Positions 8,729 to 20,123 of a DNA stretch of 64,000 nt are shown piece after piece; position 1 is the first letter of the stretch; each line of letters begins with the position of its first letter. The stretch is from an uncultured cyanobacterium (GTDB lineage Bacteria > Cyanobacteriota > Cyanobacteriia > CAKZMO01). The notes below the pieces were generated by a model, which saw only the letters and a list, made by a program, of their open reading frames with translations, ran no database searches and was not told where the DNA came from. Both the position numbers and the translations under genes were made by a program. The stretch is from the NCBI GenBank assembly GCA_963719515.1, contig CAVRCJ010000003.1, positions 352,001 through 416,000 on the forward strand, read 5' to 3'.

Positions 8729-10060
8729 CTAACTGAATGTGAATACTCCCGACGTTCTTCCTGCAGAAGCGCTTTGCGAACATCCTACGGATAGAGCGCG
8801 GGCTTCATCGGTCACCCGATGAGCGTCCTGCTTCTGGGCCAGTTGGCTAGATATGGTTTCCCACATCCCCGCTACCTCGACTCCACAGGCAATTTGAATA
8901 CCCGAAATTCCACGGGCATTGATGACTTGAGCAGCGGCAATATCCCTCGGCTTGAGCGACCCACACTCAGGGCACCGATGAACGCGATCGCCCCACGACT
9001 TTTTGACCGCAGCGCCGCAATTAGGACACTCCTGAGAGGTGCCGTAGGGGTCAACCTTGCCGTAGTAGACACCGCGCTTGAAGCATACCCACGGCAAGAC
9101 CTGGTTCACGAACTGCCCAAGGCCAGCGTCCAGGGTGTGCTTACCTAGCATCCCTTTCGCCATGACGCGAAAGTCAAGGTCTATGTCCTTCGGACAGGCT
9201 GCGCCAACGGCAAAGATGATTTGGGCCTGGTCACAAAGCTTGTGGGCCAGCTTGAACTGCCAGTCAAGTCGACAGGCCGCTATCTGCTCATGCACCCGTC
9301 CAATTCTTCCGATGAGCTTGGCGCGGTTCTTCGAGCGCCGCTGCTTATTCTTCAGTCTGCGTTGCAGCAATTTAAGCTTGCGCTGCAGCTTACCGAAAAA
9401 GCGCGGGCGCTCTACCTGCAAGCCGTTGGAAGTGGACAGGAAGTACTCAATCCCTACGTCAATGCCAATGCTGTCCCCAGCAGGGATGACATCAGGCACG
9501 TTGACATCGGCTTGAATGCAAAGGGTAGCGTACCACCCCGAATGCTTTTTGATTATGCGCACCGTCTTGACCTTGAATCCGTCAGGAATAGGGCGGTGCA
9601 GAACGATGCGCATCGTGCCCAGCTTAGGCAACTTGATTTGGCTACCCGTCACCGGGTTTTCCTTGAACTGCGGAAAGAGAAACGAGCGGTATTGCCCAAA
9701 CTTTTTGAAGCGCGGGAAACCATGACCTCGCTCTTTTCTCGCAGCAAACGCCGCCTCTATCCGTCCTATAACGTCTTGAAGAACCTGCGACTGCACTTCT
9801 TTCAGGTGAGGAAACACTTTTTTAGCGGCAGTCAGCGATCGCTTCTGAGCGTAGTAATTGGGGTAGGGTACATCTGCTGGCATGATGTACTCCGACTGAA
9901 GCGAGCAGGCATTAGCTACGCAGCTTCTCGACTTTACCCAGTCCTTGCGTTCGCGCAGTGCATAGTTGTAGACGCCGCGACAGGTCTCAAGCCAACAGAC
10001 CATACGGGCTTCCTGCTCAAGAGACGGATAAATTCTGTAGGAGTAGTTCAAGGTCAACAT
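8729..10060 (-). CDS. tnpB: TnpB RNA-guided endonuclease family protein (RuvC-II Glu apparently lost)
   Basis: YSYRIYP, IGIDVG (RuvC-I), TSQECPNCG..CPECG zinc finger, RDIAAA (RuvC-III). Confidence 0.95.
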   Translation of the reverse strand: MLTLNYSYRIYPSLEQEARMVCWLETCRGVYNYALRERKDWVKSRSCVANACSLQSEYIMPADVPYPNYYAQKRSLTAAKKVFPHLKEVQSQVLQDVIGRIEAAFAARKERGHGFPRFKKFGQYRSFLFPQFKENPVTGSQIKLPKLGTMRIVLHRPIPDGFKVKTVRIIKKHSGWYATLCIQADVNVPDVIPAGDSIGIDVGIEYFLSTSNGLQVERPRFFGKLQRKLKLLQRRLKNKQRRSKNRAKLIGRIGRVHEQIAACRLDWQFKLAHKLCDQAQIIFAVGAACPKDIDLDFRVMAKGMLGKHTLDAGLGQFVNQVLPWVCFKRGVYYGKVDPYGTSQECPNCGAAVKKSWGDRVHRCPECGSLKPRDIAAAQVINARGISGIQIACGVEVAGMWETISSQLAQKQDAHRVTDEARALSVGCSQSASAGRTSGVFTFS

Positions 10061-10181
10061 GCCTCGATCATAGCATTTCTAGGAAGGGCAGCGCTACTCC
10101 TTAGAAATGCTTGCCACCGCCTCGCTCGCTTACATCCCGACGCTGCTGCTGCGCATACAGCGCGGGGCTTTCACGAACTAT
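8739..10181 (-). mobile_element. IS200/IS605-family element carrying tnpB only (no tnpA)
   Basis: Related subterminal hairpins at both ends (CCCGACG...AGCGCGG(G)GCTT on the + strand). The right end finishes in TCAC and the left end abuts TTTAG on the minus strand. Confidence 0.8.
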
Positions 10182-10217
10182 CTAAACGTACGGATGCGCT
10201 TGACACAGTCAGTCAGA

Positions 10218-11798
10218 TCACCCCTGTACAGTGAGCGTGCTTAGATCCGAGATGCTGCCAGCGATTGTGACGCCGCGATCGTTCGCCGCTAGGTGTCTCA
10301 CTATTTTGTAGATGATTTCGATTTTATCGCCTGCACTGACCTTTGTGGCCAAATCAGACAGAGAGAGCGAACCGGGCGTAGATTCAAGCAACTCAACCAC
10401 TTGAGTCTGTAGCTCAAGAATAGAGGCCGCCGCTTTTTTACCGGCTTCCACACCCGGCTGATGGTAGGCATTGATGTTGACCAAGGAGGCGTAAAAGCCG
10501 ACAGCGCGGTCGTACAGCGCAATCAGCGCTCCGACGGTGTAGGGAGTGACGCGCGGCATTGTGACGGTTATTGAGTCTCGGTCGTTTTCGTATAGCGCCT
10601 GGCGGGTGCCCTGTAGCAGCCCTGACAGGTAATCTCCGCTGGTGACCCCTGGCTCTACCTCAATGGGATCGGTGGCCCCATCTTCAAGCACTTCGATCAG
10701 CGTGACGAAGAAGTTGTTCACCCCTTCTCGCAGCTGCTGGACGTAGGCATGCTGGTCTGTCGAGCCTTTGTTGCCGTAGACGGCGATGCCCTGATGCACT
10801 ACGTTGCCTGCTAAATCGGTCTCTTTCCCCAAAGATTCCATCACTAGCTGCTGCAGGTAGCGGCTAAACAGCAGCAGGCTGTCTTTGTAGGGCAGAACCA
10901 CCATATCTTTTTCCCCCTTCCCATTCCCTGAAACATGCCAGGCCAGGGCTAGGAGCGCCGCTGGGTTGCCCTTGATAGAGCGATCGCGGGTCTCCTCATC
11001 CATCGCGCGAGCGCCGTCGAGCATCGCCTGGATATCGATGCCCTGTAGCGCTGCGGGCAGCAGCCCCACTGCCGACAGCTCAGAGGTGCGCCCCCCCACC
11101 CAATCGTGCATGGGGAAGCGAGCTAGCCATCCCTCTTGCTGGGCCTGCCGGTCGAGCTTACTGCCCTCACCGGTAACGGCGATCGCATATTGGGCAAAGT
11201 TGAGGCCGCGCACCTCATAGGCGTTTTTGGTTTCCAGCATGCCGTTGCGCGTCTCAGGTGTGCCGCCTGACTTGGAGATTGTAATCACCAGCGTGCTGGT
11301 CAGCCGATCTTTGAGGGTGGTCAACGTGCGGCCCACGCCGGCAGGATCGGTATTGTCTATAAAGTGAATATCCATGGGCGGATCGATACCCGCTAGCGCT
11401 GAAGAGACAAACTCTGGCCCCAAGGCCGACCCCCCAATACCGATGGAGAGGATATCTGTGAACTTCTGGGCCTGTGGCGGACAGATTTCTCCGGCGTGAA
11501 CTTTGGCGACAAATGTTTTAATGTGCTCTAGGGTTTCGACAATTTCCCGCTTGAGTTCGGCGTTGGGGGCCAATTCAGGGTTGCGTAGCCAGTAATGACC
11601 CACCATGCGACCCTCATCTGGGTTGGCGATCGCCCCCGCTTCTAGGGCGGCCATATCGTCGAAAGCTTTGTCGAAAGAAGGCGCTAAGGCCTCTACCTGC
11701 TCATCCGTGAACCGCATACGGCTGATATCGACGTAGAAATTTAAGCTATCGGAGTAGTACAACCAGTCTTGATACCGCTGCCACAGTTCAGAGTTCAT
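10218..11798 (-). CDS. pgi: Glucose-6-phosphate isomerase
   Basis: [48 protein letters not shown]. Confidence 0.97.
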   Translation of the reverse strand: MNSELWQRYQDWLYYSDSLNFYVDISRMRFTDEQVEALAPSFDKAFDDMAALEAGAIANPDEGRMVGHYWLRNPELAPNAELKREIVETLEHIKTFVAKVHAGEICPPQAQKFTDILSIGIGGSALGPEFVSSALAGIDPPMDIHFIDNTDPAGVGRTLTTLKDRLTSTLVITISKSGGTPETRNGMLETKNAYEVRGLNFAQYAIAVTGEGSKLDRQAQQEGWLARFPMHDWVGGRTSELSAVGLLPAALQGIDIQAMLDGARAMDEETRDRSIKGNPAALLALAWHVSGNGKGEKDMVVLPYKDSLLLFSRYLQQLVMESLGKETDLAGNVVHQGIAVYGNKGSTDQHAYVQQLREGVNNFFVTLIEVLEDGATDPIEVEPGVTSGDYLSGLLQGTRQALYENDRDSITVTMPRVTPYTVGALIALYDRAVGFYASLVNINAYHQPGVEAGKKAAASILELQTQVVELLESTPGSLSLSDLATKVSAGDKIEIIYKIVRHLAANDRGVTIAGSISDLSTLTVQG

Positions 11799-12182
11799 CT
11801 ATAGCGTCTCCTGCTTTTCCTGTAACGATGTCTAATAACTAAAAAAATAGAGGGACTGGATTAGAGATTGATTAACCCATCCCTTTGCCGGTCACTTAAT
11901 TATGCGGGATAGAGGTCTGCAGCACTCAACATTTGAATGCATCCGGGGGACTGTTCGACTACAGTTTACTCAATTCGCACCCTCTCCTCCGAAGGGTTTA
12001 GGCAATCGCAAAGTTTGTGAAGCCTGCAAGATGAATTACGAGAGCAGCGGTTTGATGAGGGCTGCTAGATCAACGCAGCGCCTTGTCATTTCTGTTTAAT
12101 TCTTGACCTGGAGAAGGTTTATAACGGTATCGCAGCCGAAACGGGTACGATTTGGATTAAGCTTTGATAAGTTCTGGGCTAA

Positions 12183-13304
12183 GTGACGACTGAGGAGTGG
12201 GGAAACGTGGGTGCAACAGCCAAGCCTGCTACAGGTGTAGGTCTACTCTCGGGAACGGTATTACTCTGGGCTCTTGCCGCTGGGGCGATCGCCACGGTTA
12301 TGGGGTTGGGGTGGGAGTACCCCGCCCTGCGGTTCAGCCTGCTCGCAGCGCTGCTGCTGTCGGCAGGGCTGTCAGCAGCGGCAGGCCACCGCGCCGTGCC
12401 CTTGCTGCAGGCGCTCAAGGCGGGGCAGTTCATCCGCGAAGATGGTCCCCAGTCCCATTTGACCAAGGCCGGAACGCCCACGATGGGCGGAATTTTCTTT
12501 ATCCCCGCCGGGCTCGTGGTGGCTATAGCGCTGACGGTTACGCTGCCTGGAGGTGCGCCAGCCGTGCTGGTGGCTAGCGGAGTGACCCTGGCGTTTGCGG
12601 CAATCGGCTGGGCTGATGACTGGCAGGTAATTCGGCGGCGGTCAAATAAAGGTATTTCTCCTACCTTGAAGCTTGGGCTGCAGCTCGTGGTCAGCGTCGC
12701 GTTTTGCCTATGGCTGTTCTTTACCCAGTCTAGTGAGATAACAACGTTGATCTTGCCCGGTATAGCGCTGCCCCTGGGCTGGCTGTTTTGGCTGGTGGCA
12801 GGGTTTGTGCCCGTGGCGCAAAGCAATGCCACCAACCTCACTGATGGGGTAGACGGGTTGATGGGGGGTACAGGGGCGATCGCCTTTCTGGGCTTAGCGG
12901 GGCTGATGGCCCAGGCCCACCCAGATCTGGCGATCTTCAGCGTCTGCATGGCGGGAGCCTGCTTGGGATTTTTGGTCTACAACCGCCACCCGGCCCGCGT
13001 GTTCATGGGCGACACTGGCTCGCTAGCGCTGGGGGGGGCGATGGCGGCGGTCGGGCTGCTGGGTCACAGCCTCTTTGGTCTGCTGGTGGTCAGCGGCATT
13101 TTCTTGGCCGAGACGCTGTCGGTGCTGCTGCAGGTGGGCTATTACAAAGCGACTAAGGATGAAAATGGGGTGGGTAAACGTCTATTCAAGATGGCACCGC
13201 TGCACCACCACCTCGAACTGACCGGCTGGAGTGAGCTACGCGTCGTTACGTTTCTTTATGGCGTCGGGAGCCTTTTGGCGCTGTCAAGCGCTCTGCTGAT
13301 GTAG
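12183..13304 (+). CDS. mraY: Phospho-N-acetylmuramoyl-pentapeptide transferase
   Basis: HLTKAGTPTMGG, NATNLTDGVDGL, FMGDTGS, MAPLHHHLEL. Confidence 0.97.
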   Translation: MTTEEWGNVGATAKPATGVGLLSGTVLLWALAAGAIATVMGLGWEYPALRFSLLAALLLSAGLSAAAGHRAVPLLQALKAGQFIREDGPQSHLTKAGTPTMGGIFFIPAGLVVAIALTVTLPGGAPAVLVASGVTLAFAAIGWADDWQVIRRRSNKGISPTLKLGLQLVVSVAFCLWLFFTQSSEITTLILPGIALPLGWLFWLVAGFVPVAQSNATNLTDGVDGLMGGTGAIAFLGLAGLMAQAHPDLAIFSVCMAGACLGFLVYNRHPARVFMGDTGSLALGGAMAAVGLLGHSLFGLLVVSGIFLAETLSVLLQVGYYKATKDENGVGKRLFKMAPLHHHLELTGWSELRVVTFLYGVGSLLALSSALLM

Positions 13305-13478
13305 CGCCAAAAGGCAACATTGGTCCGGCTTAGGCACAACATATTGGGTAGATAGGCTCTGTATTATCCCCAAACTCTACAGAATTACGCCAGCTTGACC
13401 CTATCGCTCTTTGTGCCCGTAACCGCCAAATTGGCTTTGTACCTCGCTTTTCTGCGCAGAACCAACTAGCATGAGGGA

Positions 13479-14609
13479 GTGACTAATGTGCATTATCCCT
13501 TACGCTCGCTTCAGCGGAAGTGCTGGTTTAAGCTCATTTGTGGCGCTAGTTTTCAGCACCTTCCAGTTGTTAGAAGTTTAGCTCTCGCCTACGGGTTGGC
13601 GGGCAGCGATTGTGTAGACGTCGCCGCCGACCCCGCTGTGATTGCCGCCGTTCGTGACGCCTACAGGGCGATCGCCTCCTGCTCCTCGGATGCGCGGCTG
13701 CGGGGCTATCAGCCCCGGTCTCCCTGGCTCATGGTCAGCCTTAACGATGGGGACGATCCTCATTTTCGCAAAGCGGCTTTTGACCCTGCCCGCTGTCCCC
13801 CCCAATGCCCTCGCCCCTGCGAGGCGGTTTGTCCTGCGGCAGCCATTTCCCCCGAGCGCGATCGCGGCGTGCTGAGCGAGCGGTGCTACGGCTGCGGGCG
13901 CTGTCTGCCCGTCTGCCCAGAGGGCTATATTTCAGCCCAATCGTATCGCGTTTCGCCTGAGGTAGTGGCCCCGCTGGTGATGTCGGGGGTAGATGCGGTG
14001 GAAATTCACACGCAGGTAGGACACACCGACCGCTTTCGCAGCCTGTGGCGTCGGGCTATTCAGCCTCAGCTCGGACAGCTGAAGCTGGTGGCGGTCAGCT
14101 GCCCCGATGGCGATGATGTTGTGGACTATCTCTGGTCGCTATACACCATGATGACGCCCTTGCCCTGTCCCTTGGTGTGGCAGGTTGACGGACGTCCCAT
14201 GAGCGGCGACTTGGGCAGAGGCACCACCCACGCCACCCTGCGGCTGGCCCAGAAGGTGGCGGCGGCGGGGTTGCCCGGCTACATTCAGCTGGCGGGCGGG
14301 ACCAACCACCATACGGTTCCAGCTCTGCGGCAGCGGGGGAGGCTAGGTCAGAACGTCTGCGCGGATGCGCCGCTGCCGGTGGCCGGGATTGCCTACGGCA
14401 GCTATGCCCGTACCCAGCTGATGCCGCTGCTTGACCGCCTTGAGACCGCTTCGCCGTTGTCTTGTCTCGAAGATCACCCCGACCTGCTGTGGCAGGCCGT
14501 CGCGATCGCCCACAAGCTTGTCTCTCAGGTGAAGCAGGCCAGCCTGCCGCTGGCAGCACCTATCGAGCCCTTACTCCCGGAGGTTATCCCCGCTCGCGTT
14601 CTACCCTGA
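13479..14609 (+). CDS. ldpA: Light-dependent period (circadian input) 4Fe-4S protein LdpA
   Basis: WFKLICGASFQ, CPPQCPRPCEAVCP, CYGCGRCLPVCP, DGRPMSGD, QLAGGTN. Confidence 0.92.
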   Translation: MTNVHYPLRSLQRKCWFKLICGASFQHLPVVRSLALAYGLAGSDCVDVAADPAVIAAVRDAYRAIASCSSDARLRGYQPRSPWLMVSLNDGDDPHFRKAAFDPARCPPQCPRPCEAVCPAAAISPERDRGVLSERCYGCGRCLPVCPEGYISAQSYRVSPEVVAPLVMSGVDAVEIHTQVGHTDRFRSLWRRAIQPQLGQLKLVAVSCPDGDDVVDYLWSLYTMMTPLPCPLVWQVDGRPMSGDLGRGTTHATLRLAQKVAAAGLPGYIQLAGGTNHHTVPALRQRGRLGQNVCADAPLPVAGIAYGSYARTQLMPLLDRLETASPLSCLEDHPDLLWQAVAIAHKLVSQVKQASLPLAAPIEPLLPEVIPARVLP

Positions 14610-14681
14610 TGCAGCACCGCCCGCTTTATTGGGCCGTGCTGTCCGCGTCGTATTCGTTATTCAACCCTGTAGTTTTTATCT

Positions 14682-16535
14682 ATGGCGTTCACTAGTAATT
14701 TCCTTCCTCAAAACTCTGGCGCTGAGCCGGCTCAGCCCGAAGCGTTACAGCTAGAGATGATTGAGCGGGTCGCCGCTGATGATCTCGATCAGCTGATCGA
14801 AGTTTTGCCTCAGTCTATTCGGCAAGCAATAGAGCAGCACGACCAGCGCGATCGCCTCATTGAGGTGGTGCTAGACCTGGGCCGCCGCCCCGAAGTCCGC
14901 TTTGCCGATCACGTGGAGTACCTGTCGGAAACCCCCATTTCCACGGACGACTTGCTCTACTGCACCGACCGCATTGGGTCTTTTAGTGGCGACAACCGGG
15001 CGGGCATTGAGCGTACTCTGCACCGGATCAGCGCCATGCGCAACCGGGCGGGCGACGTCGTCGGACTCACCTGCCGCGTGGGCCGGGCCGTCTTTGGCAC
15101 CATCGGCATGATTCGCGACTTGGTGAGTACTGGGCAGTCGATGCTGCTACTAGGGCGACCTGGCGTGGGTAAAACGACGGCGCTGCGGGAGATTGCCCGC
15201 GTGCTGGCGGACGACTTTGATAAGCGCGTGGTGATTATCGACACCTCCAACGAGATTGCCGGGGATGGCGACATTCCCCACCCGGCCATTGGACGGGCGA
15301 GGCGGATGCAGGTTGCTCGCCCTGAGCTGCAGCACCAGGTCATGATTGAGGCCGTGGAGAACCACATGCCGGAGGTCATCGTCATCGATGAGATTGGCAC
15401 AGAGCTAGAGGCGCTGGCGGCTCGCACCATCGCCGAGCGCGGCGTGCAGCTGGTGGGAACGGCCCACGGCAACCAAATCGAGAATTTGGTCAAGAACCCC
15501 ACCCTGTCTGACCTAGTGGGGGGGATCCAGTCGGTGACCCTGGGGGACGATGAGGCCCGGCGACGGGGCAGCCAGAAAAGCGTGCTGGAGCGCAAAGCGC
15601 CACCCACCTTCGACATCGCCATTGAAATGCTGGAGCGCTACCGCTGGGTGGTTCACGAGTCGGTGTCAGATACCATCGATCTGCTGCTGCGAGACCGGCT
15701 GCCTAACCCTCAGGTGCGGACGGTGCAGGAGTCGGGCAAGGTGCTAATCACCCGAGAGCTGGCCGAGGCCAAACCCGGAAAGACGCGATCGCTGCGGTCC
15801 CATGCCGGCGGCAGGCGCAGCGCCAGTCAGTCTTCGGGCTCTTCCTTAGGTCAGCCGCTGGGGCAGGGCATAGGCTGGCGCGCTTCGGGTCAAATGACGC
15901 CCCTGCCCGTCAGCGACCCGCGTCAGCCTACGGCCATCGGCCATCGGCAGGAGTTTGACCAACTGCTCAGCGATTCGCTTGAGCAGTCAGGGCTGGGAAC
16001 CTCGGTTCAGTCTGTGGGACCGGATGGTGAGGATTTGCCGCTGCACGTCTATCCCTACGGCGTCAGCCGGCAAAACCTAGAGCAGGTGATCTACACCACA
16101 AATATGCCCATGGTGCTCACCAAGGATCTAGATCATGCCGACGTGGTGCTGGCGCTGCGATCGCATATCAAAAATCACTCTAAGCTGCGCCACCTGGCTA
16201 AGGTGCGGCAAATTCCCATCTACACCGTCAAGTCCAACAGCGTGCCGCAGATTATCCGGGCGGCAAGGCGGATGCTGCGGCTGGACGACAGTCCGGCGGA
16301 GCCCATCAACATCAACCTATTTTCCCGCAGCGGCGGTGAAGACGAGATTGAGGCGCTCGAAGAGACTCGCCTAGCGGTAGAGCAGGTGGTCCTTCCCAAC
16401 GGACAGCCCGTCGAGCTGCTGCCCCGCTCCGCTGAAATCCGCAAGATGCAGCACGAGCTAGTGGAGCACTACCGCCTCAAGTCGTCGAGCTTTGGGGAGG
16501 AGCCCAACCGCCGTCTGCGGATCTATCCTGCCTAA
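14682..16535 (+). CDS. ycf45: Ycf45/SpoIIIAA-like AAA ATPase with C-terminal R3H domain
   Basis: GRPGVGKTT, IDTSNEIAGDGD, IDEIG, C-terminal RKMQH R3H motif. Confidence 0.9.
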   Translation: MAFTSNFLPQNSGAEPAQPEALQLEMIERVAADDLDQLIEVLPQSIRQAIEQHDQRDRLIEVVLDLGRRPEVRFADHVEYLSETPISTDDLLYCTDRIGSFSGDNRAGIERTLHRISAMRNRAGDVVGLTCRVGRAVFGTIGMIRDLVSTGQSMLLLGRPGVGKTTALREIARVLADDFDKRVVIIDTSNEIAGDGDIPHPAIGRARRMQVARPELQHQVMIEAVENHMPEVIVIDEIGTELEALAARTIAERGVQLVGTAHGNQIENLVKNPTLSDLVGGIQSVTLGDDEARRRGSQKSVLERKAPPTFDIAIEMLERYRWVVHESVSDTIDLLLRDRLPNPQVRTVQESGKVLITRELAEAKPGKTRSLRSHAGGRRSASQSSGSSLGQPLGQGIGWRASGQMTPLPVSDPRQPTAIGHRQEFDQLLSDSLEQSGLGTSVQSVGPDGEDLPLHVYPYGVSRQNLEQVIYTTNMPMVLTKDLDHADVVLALRSHIKNHSKLRHLAKVRQIPIYTVKSNSVPQIIRAARRMLRLDDSPAEPININLFSRSGGEDEIEALEETRLAVEQVVLPNGQPVELLPRSAEIRKMQHELVEHYRLKSSSFGEEPNRRLRIYPA

Positions 16536-16552
16536 GGCGGCTGGGCCTAAAT

Positions 16553-16594
16553 CTATCTGTAGCGATCGCCTTGTGGCCGGACGCTACAGATAGC
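16553..16594. terminator. Hairpin downstream of ycf45
   Basis: 12-bp inverted repeat CTATCTGTAGCG...CGCTACAGATAG. Confidence 0.5.
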
Positions 16595-16642
16595 AAAAAC
16601 TTGTGCTTAAATAAGGGGCAGCTCCTTTAGCGGCCAGCCGCC

Positions 16643-17224
16643 ATGCCCCCCAAGCCACCCCACCAACCGTCGCTGTTTACCGCCGCCGAGCAGCGAGCCT
16701 GTATCGCCGCCCCCCAGGCCTTCGACGCTGGCATTACGGCGGAGGCGCTGCAGCAGTGGAAAGCCCGTGTGGTGGCTTATCAAGCCAGCGTCGAGCCCGC
16801 TGTCCGTCAGCCTTCACTGTTTGGCGAGCAGAGTCAGCCCCCAACCCCTGAACCAGCGGCGATCGCTCCCTTTTCGCTGGCGCAGCAAAACTTCTTTTTC
16901 TTTAACTGGCCCGCCGATCGCCACCCCGACAGCGCCTGCCTCTACTTCGTCATCGATAGCACCTCATCTCTATTGCTGTATATCGGCGAGACCTGCCGCG
17001 CCAATCAGCGGTGGAAGGGGGTGCATGACTGCAAGCAGTACGTCCTCAACTATCAGACGCTTCACTTCCGCCATCAGCTCCCGACCGCCATCAACACGGC
17101 CTTTTATTGGGAGGCTCCTATACAAACTCGTCCCAGGCAACAGCTAGAGTCGGCGCTGATTACGCGGTGGCGATCGCCTTTCAACAAAGAAAACTGGCGC
17201 TTTTGGAGTACGCCTTTTATCTAG
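16643..17224 (+). CDS. Cyanobacterial GIY-YIG nuclease family protein
   Basis: CLYFVID..LLYIGET..RWKGVHDCK..LE..LI..W..PFNKE. Confidence 0.75.
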   Translation: MPPKPPHQPSLFTAAEQRACIAAPQAFDAGITAEALQQWKARVVAYQASVEPAVRQPSLFGEQSQPPTPEPAAIAPFSLAQQNFFFFNWPADRHPDSACLYFVIDSTSSLLLYIGETCRANQRWKGVHDCKQYVLNYQTLHFRHQLPTAINTAFYWEAPIQTRPRQQLESALITRWRSPFNKENWRFWSTPFI

Positions 17225-17496
17225 GTTCGACCCTTCAAAAGTGTGGCCTCGAAGCTATCTTTTCAATTCCCTATAATTTCCCCGTAGGTGACTGGCTCTT
17301 GGACAAGGGGGCGTTGCCAGAGCCAGTGCAAACCTTAAGTGAATCGGGGAGCGTGCGATTCAGAACTCCATCTTTAATTAGTATGACGCTCTATATTGCG
17401 ATCGCCTGTGACGCCTAGTGGCCGGCTAGCGTGATTGTTGACGCTGAACGCGGTGACAGTGCTGGCGCGAATTTTGTGACTGCTTCTCCTAAACCT

Positions 17497-17512
17497 TGTG
17501 ATGTGTCTCACA
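17497..17512. promoter_or_regulatory. CRP-type binding site
   Basis: Exact TGTGA-N6-TCACA (TGTGAtgtgtcTCACA) in the intergenic region about 150 bp upstream of dxr. Confidence 0.6.
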
Positions 17513-17664
17513 AAAGTAAAACCCGTGTGGGCTATTCCCCCCGCAAACACTGGGTTGAGCTAGCGAAAACTTAGGGCAGTACCGCGCAGCGTCTTATAGT
17601 AAGGGTGGCGGCGCAGCCCGACCACTGGTTCCCACCCTCTATTCCACATTTAGGTCATATCGTT

Positions 17665-18846
17665 GTGAAACCGATCACGATTCTCGGCTCTACGGGTTCA
17701 ATTGGCACACAAACCTTAGATATCGTTACGCAATACCCCGAAGAATTTCGCGTCGTGGGGTTAGCCGCTCGGCGCAACGTTGAGCAGCTGGCGCAGCAGG
17801 TGCGGCAGTTTCACCCTGAGATCGTGGCCATCTGTGACGCCGCGCTAGAATCGGCGCTGAAAGAGGCGATCGCCGATGTGACGCCCCAGCCCATTATCGT
17901 AGCGGGAGAAACGGGGGTAGTGGAGGTGGCTCGCTACGGCGACGCCCAGGCCGTGGTGACGGGCATTGTGGGCTGCGCGGGACTGCTGCCGACCCTGGCC
18001 GCCATTGAGGCGGGTAAGGACATTGCCCTGGCCAACAAAGAAACCCTGATTGCCGGGGGGCCAGTGGTCCTGCCCCTGCTAGAGAAGCACGGCAGTCGGC
18101 TATTGCCCGCCGACTCTGAGCATTCGGCTATTTTTCAGTGCCTCCAAGGGGTGCCCGAAGGGGGCTTGCGGCGCATCATTCTCACGGCGTCGGGGGGCTC
18201 CTTCCGCGACTGGCCCGTGGAGCGGCTGCAGGACGTGACCGTAGCGGACGCGCTGAAGCACCCCAACTGGTCTATGGGGCAAAAAATCACCATCGACTCC
18301 GCCACGCTAATGAACAAAGGCCTAGAGGTGATCGAAGCCCACTACCTGTTCGACACCGACTACGACCACATCGACATCGTCATCCATCCCCAGAGCATCA
18401 TTCACTCGCTCATTGAGCTGCAGGATACCTCGGTGCTGGCGCAGCTGGGCTGGCCCGACATGCGGCTGCCTCTGCTCTACGCGCTGTCCTGGCCCGAGCG
18501 CCTGCCCACCAACTGGGAACCCCTAGACCTGGTAAAAGCCGGCGACCTGACCTTCCGAGAGCCGGACCACGACAAGTATCCCTGCATGCAGCTGGCCTAC
18601 AGCGCGGGGCGGGCGGGGGGCACCATGCCCGCGGTGCTCAACGCCGCCAACGAGCAGGCCGTGGCGCTGTTTCTGGAGGAGAAAATTCGCTTCTTAGATA
18701 TCCCAGTGCTGATTGAGTCGGTGTGCGATCGCCACCAGCAAGACCACCACCGCCAGCCCAGCCTGGACGACATTTTGGCGGTAGACCAGTGGGCGCGCGA
18801 GGCCGTGAGGGAAGCCCACAGCGCTCAAAAATCTGTGGTGGTTTAG
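17665..18846 (+). CDS. dxr: 1-deoxy-D-xylulose-5-phosphate reductoisomerase
   Basis: [47 protein letters not shown]. Confidence 0.97.
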   Translation: MKPITILGSTGSIGTQTLDIVTQYPEEFRVVGLAARRNVEQLAQQVRQFHPEIVAICDAALESALKEAIADVTPQPIIVAGETGVVEVARYGDAQAVVTGIVGCAGLLPTLAAIEAGKDIALANKETLIAGGPVVLPLLEKHGSRLLPADSEHSAIFQCLQGVPEGGLRRIILTASGGSFRDWPVERLQDVTVADALKHPNWSMGQKITIDSATLMNKGLEVIEAHYLFDTDYDHIDIVIHPQSIIHSLIELQDTSVLAQLGWPDMRLPLLYALSWPERLPTNWEPLDLVKAGDLTFREPDHDKYPCMQLAYSAGRAGGTMPAVLNAANEQAVALFLEEKIRFLDIPVLIESVCDRHQQDHHRQPSLDDILAVDQWAREAVREAHSAQKSVVV

Positions 18847-18853
18847 GAGCGCG

Positions 18854-20109
18854 ATGTACGCTGTTGGCTTAATGAGCGGTACCTCCGCAGACGGCATCGA
18901 TGCCGCCCTCATCGAAATATCGGGACCACCCGCACAGCCCTCGGTACGCCTGCTGGCAGGCCAGACCTACCCCTACGCCCCGACCTACAGCAGACCATCT
19001 GGGCGGTGTGCGCTGGCCAATCCCTCACCTTGGCGTCTCTAGCCGCTCTAGATGACGCGATCGCCCGCGCCTTTGCCCAGGCTGCCCAAGATATCCAGGC
19101 CCACCATCCCCCTGCGCAGCTTGTGGGCTCTCATGGCCAAACCGTCTACCACCGTCCCCGTCAGCCGCTGGATCCCTTGGCCGCTAGTGCCACTGAGGCT
19201 CGGCCTACCCTAGAGCAAACCGACCACAGCTTGGCCTACAGCCTGCAGCTAGGGCGCGGCGATGAGATTGCCCGACTGACAGGGCTGCCTGTGGTGGCCA
19301 ACTTTCGGCAGGCCGACGTGGCTCTGGGCGGCGAAGGGGCTCCCCTCGTGCCCGCCATCGACGCGGTGCTGCTGCGCCACCCCACCCTATGGCGCTGCGT
19401 GCAAAACATCGGCGGCATTGGCAATGTCGCCTATCTGCCGCCGATCTCCAGCTCGGAGCCCGTCCGCGGTTGGGACACAGGGCCTGGGAACTCGCTATTG
19501 GACTTGGCCGTCCAGGCTCTATCAGAGGGGCAGCAGCTCTACGATGCGAACGGAGCCTGGGCAGCAACCGGCAGGGTGTGCGAGCCGCTGCGGCACCGCT
19601 GGCTCAGCCATCCCTTTTTTGCCCAGCCGCCGCCTAAGTCTACGGGCCGCGAGCTATTTGGCGCTGAATTTTTGCAGCAGTGCCTCGCCGATGCCGAGCC
19701 CTACGACCTGAGTCCGGCGGATCTGCTGGCCACTTTGGGTGACCTCACCGCCCTCTCTATTGCTCAAAGCTACCGGCATCTCCCGCGCCAACCTGACCAG
19801 GTGCTGCTCTGCGGCGGCGGACGGCACAATCAGTACCTGGTTAGTCGTCTGCAGCATCACCTAGGTGCGGTGCCGCTGCTGACCACCGACGCCGCTGGTC
19901 TCGACGTTGCCGATCTTGACCCCGATTACAAAGAGGCGATCGCGTTTGGCCTATTGGGCTACTGGCGCTGGCACGGCGTTCCCAGTAATCTTCCTAGCGC
20001 CACGGGGGCTTCTCGCGCTGTTTCCCTGGGCGAGGTCTATCTCCCCCCTCAGTGGTCCTATGATAGAATTAGAGCCACTGTGCCCCCCGTACTGACAACC
20101 CCGCATTAG
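18854..20109 (+). CDS. anmK: Anhydro-N-acetylmuramic acid kinase; one frameshift near 18985
   Basis: [12 protein letters not shown] in ORF 18854; [27 protein letters not shown] and PPKSTGRE in ORF 19006. Confidence 0.92.
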
Positions 20110-20123
20110 AGTGATACGTACCC

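Noticed and set aside
9221..10234. 337-aa plus-strand ORF as a possible tnpA or passenger gene
   Set aside because: It is antisense to tnpB with no HUH/Y1 motif; a shadow ORF.
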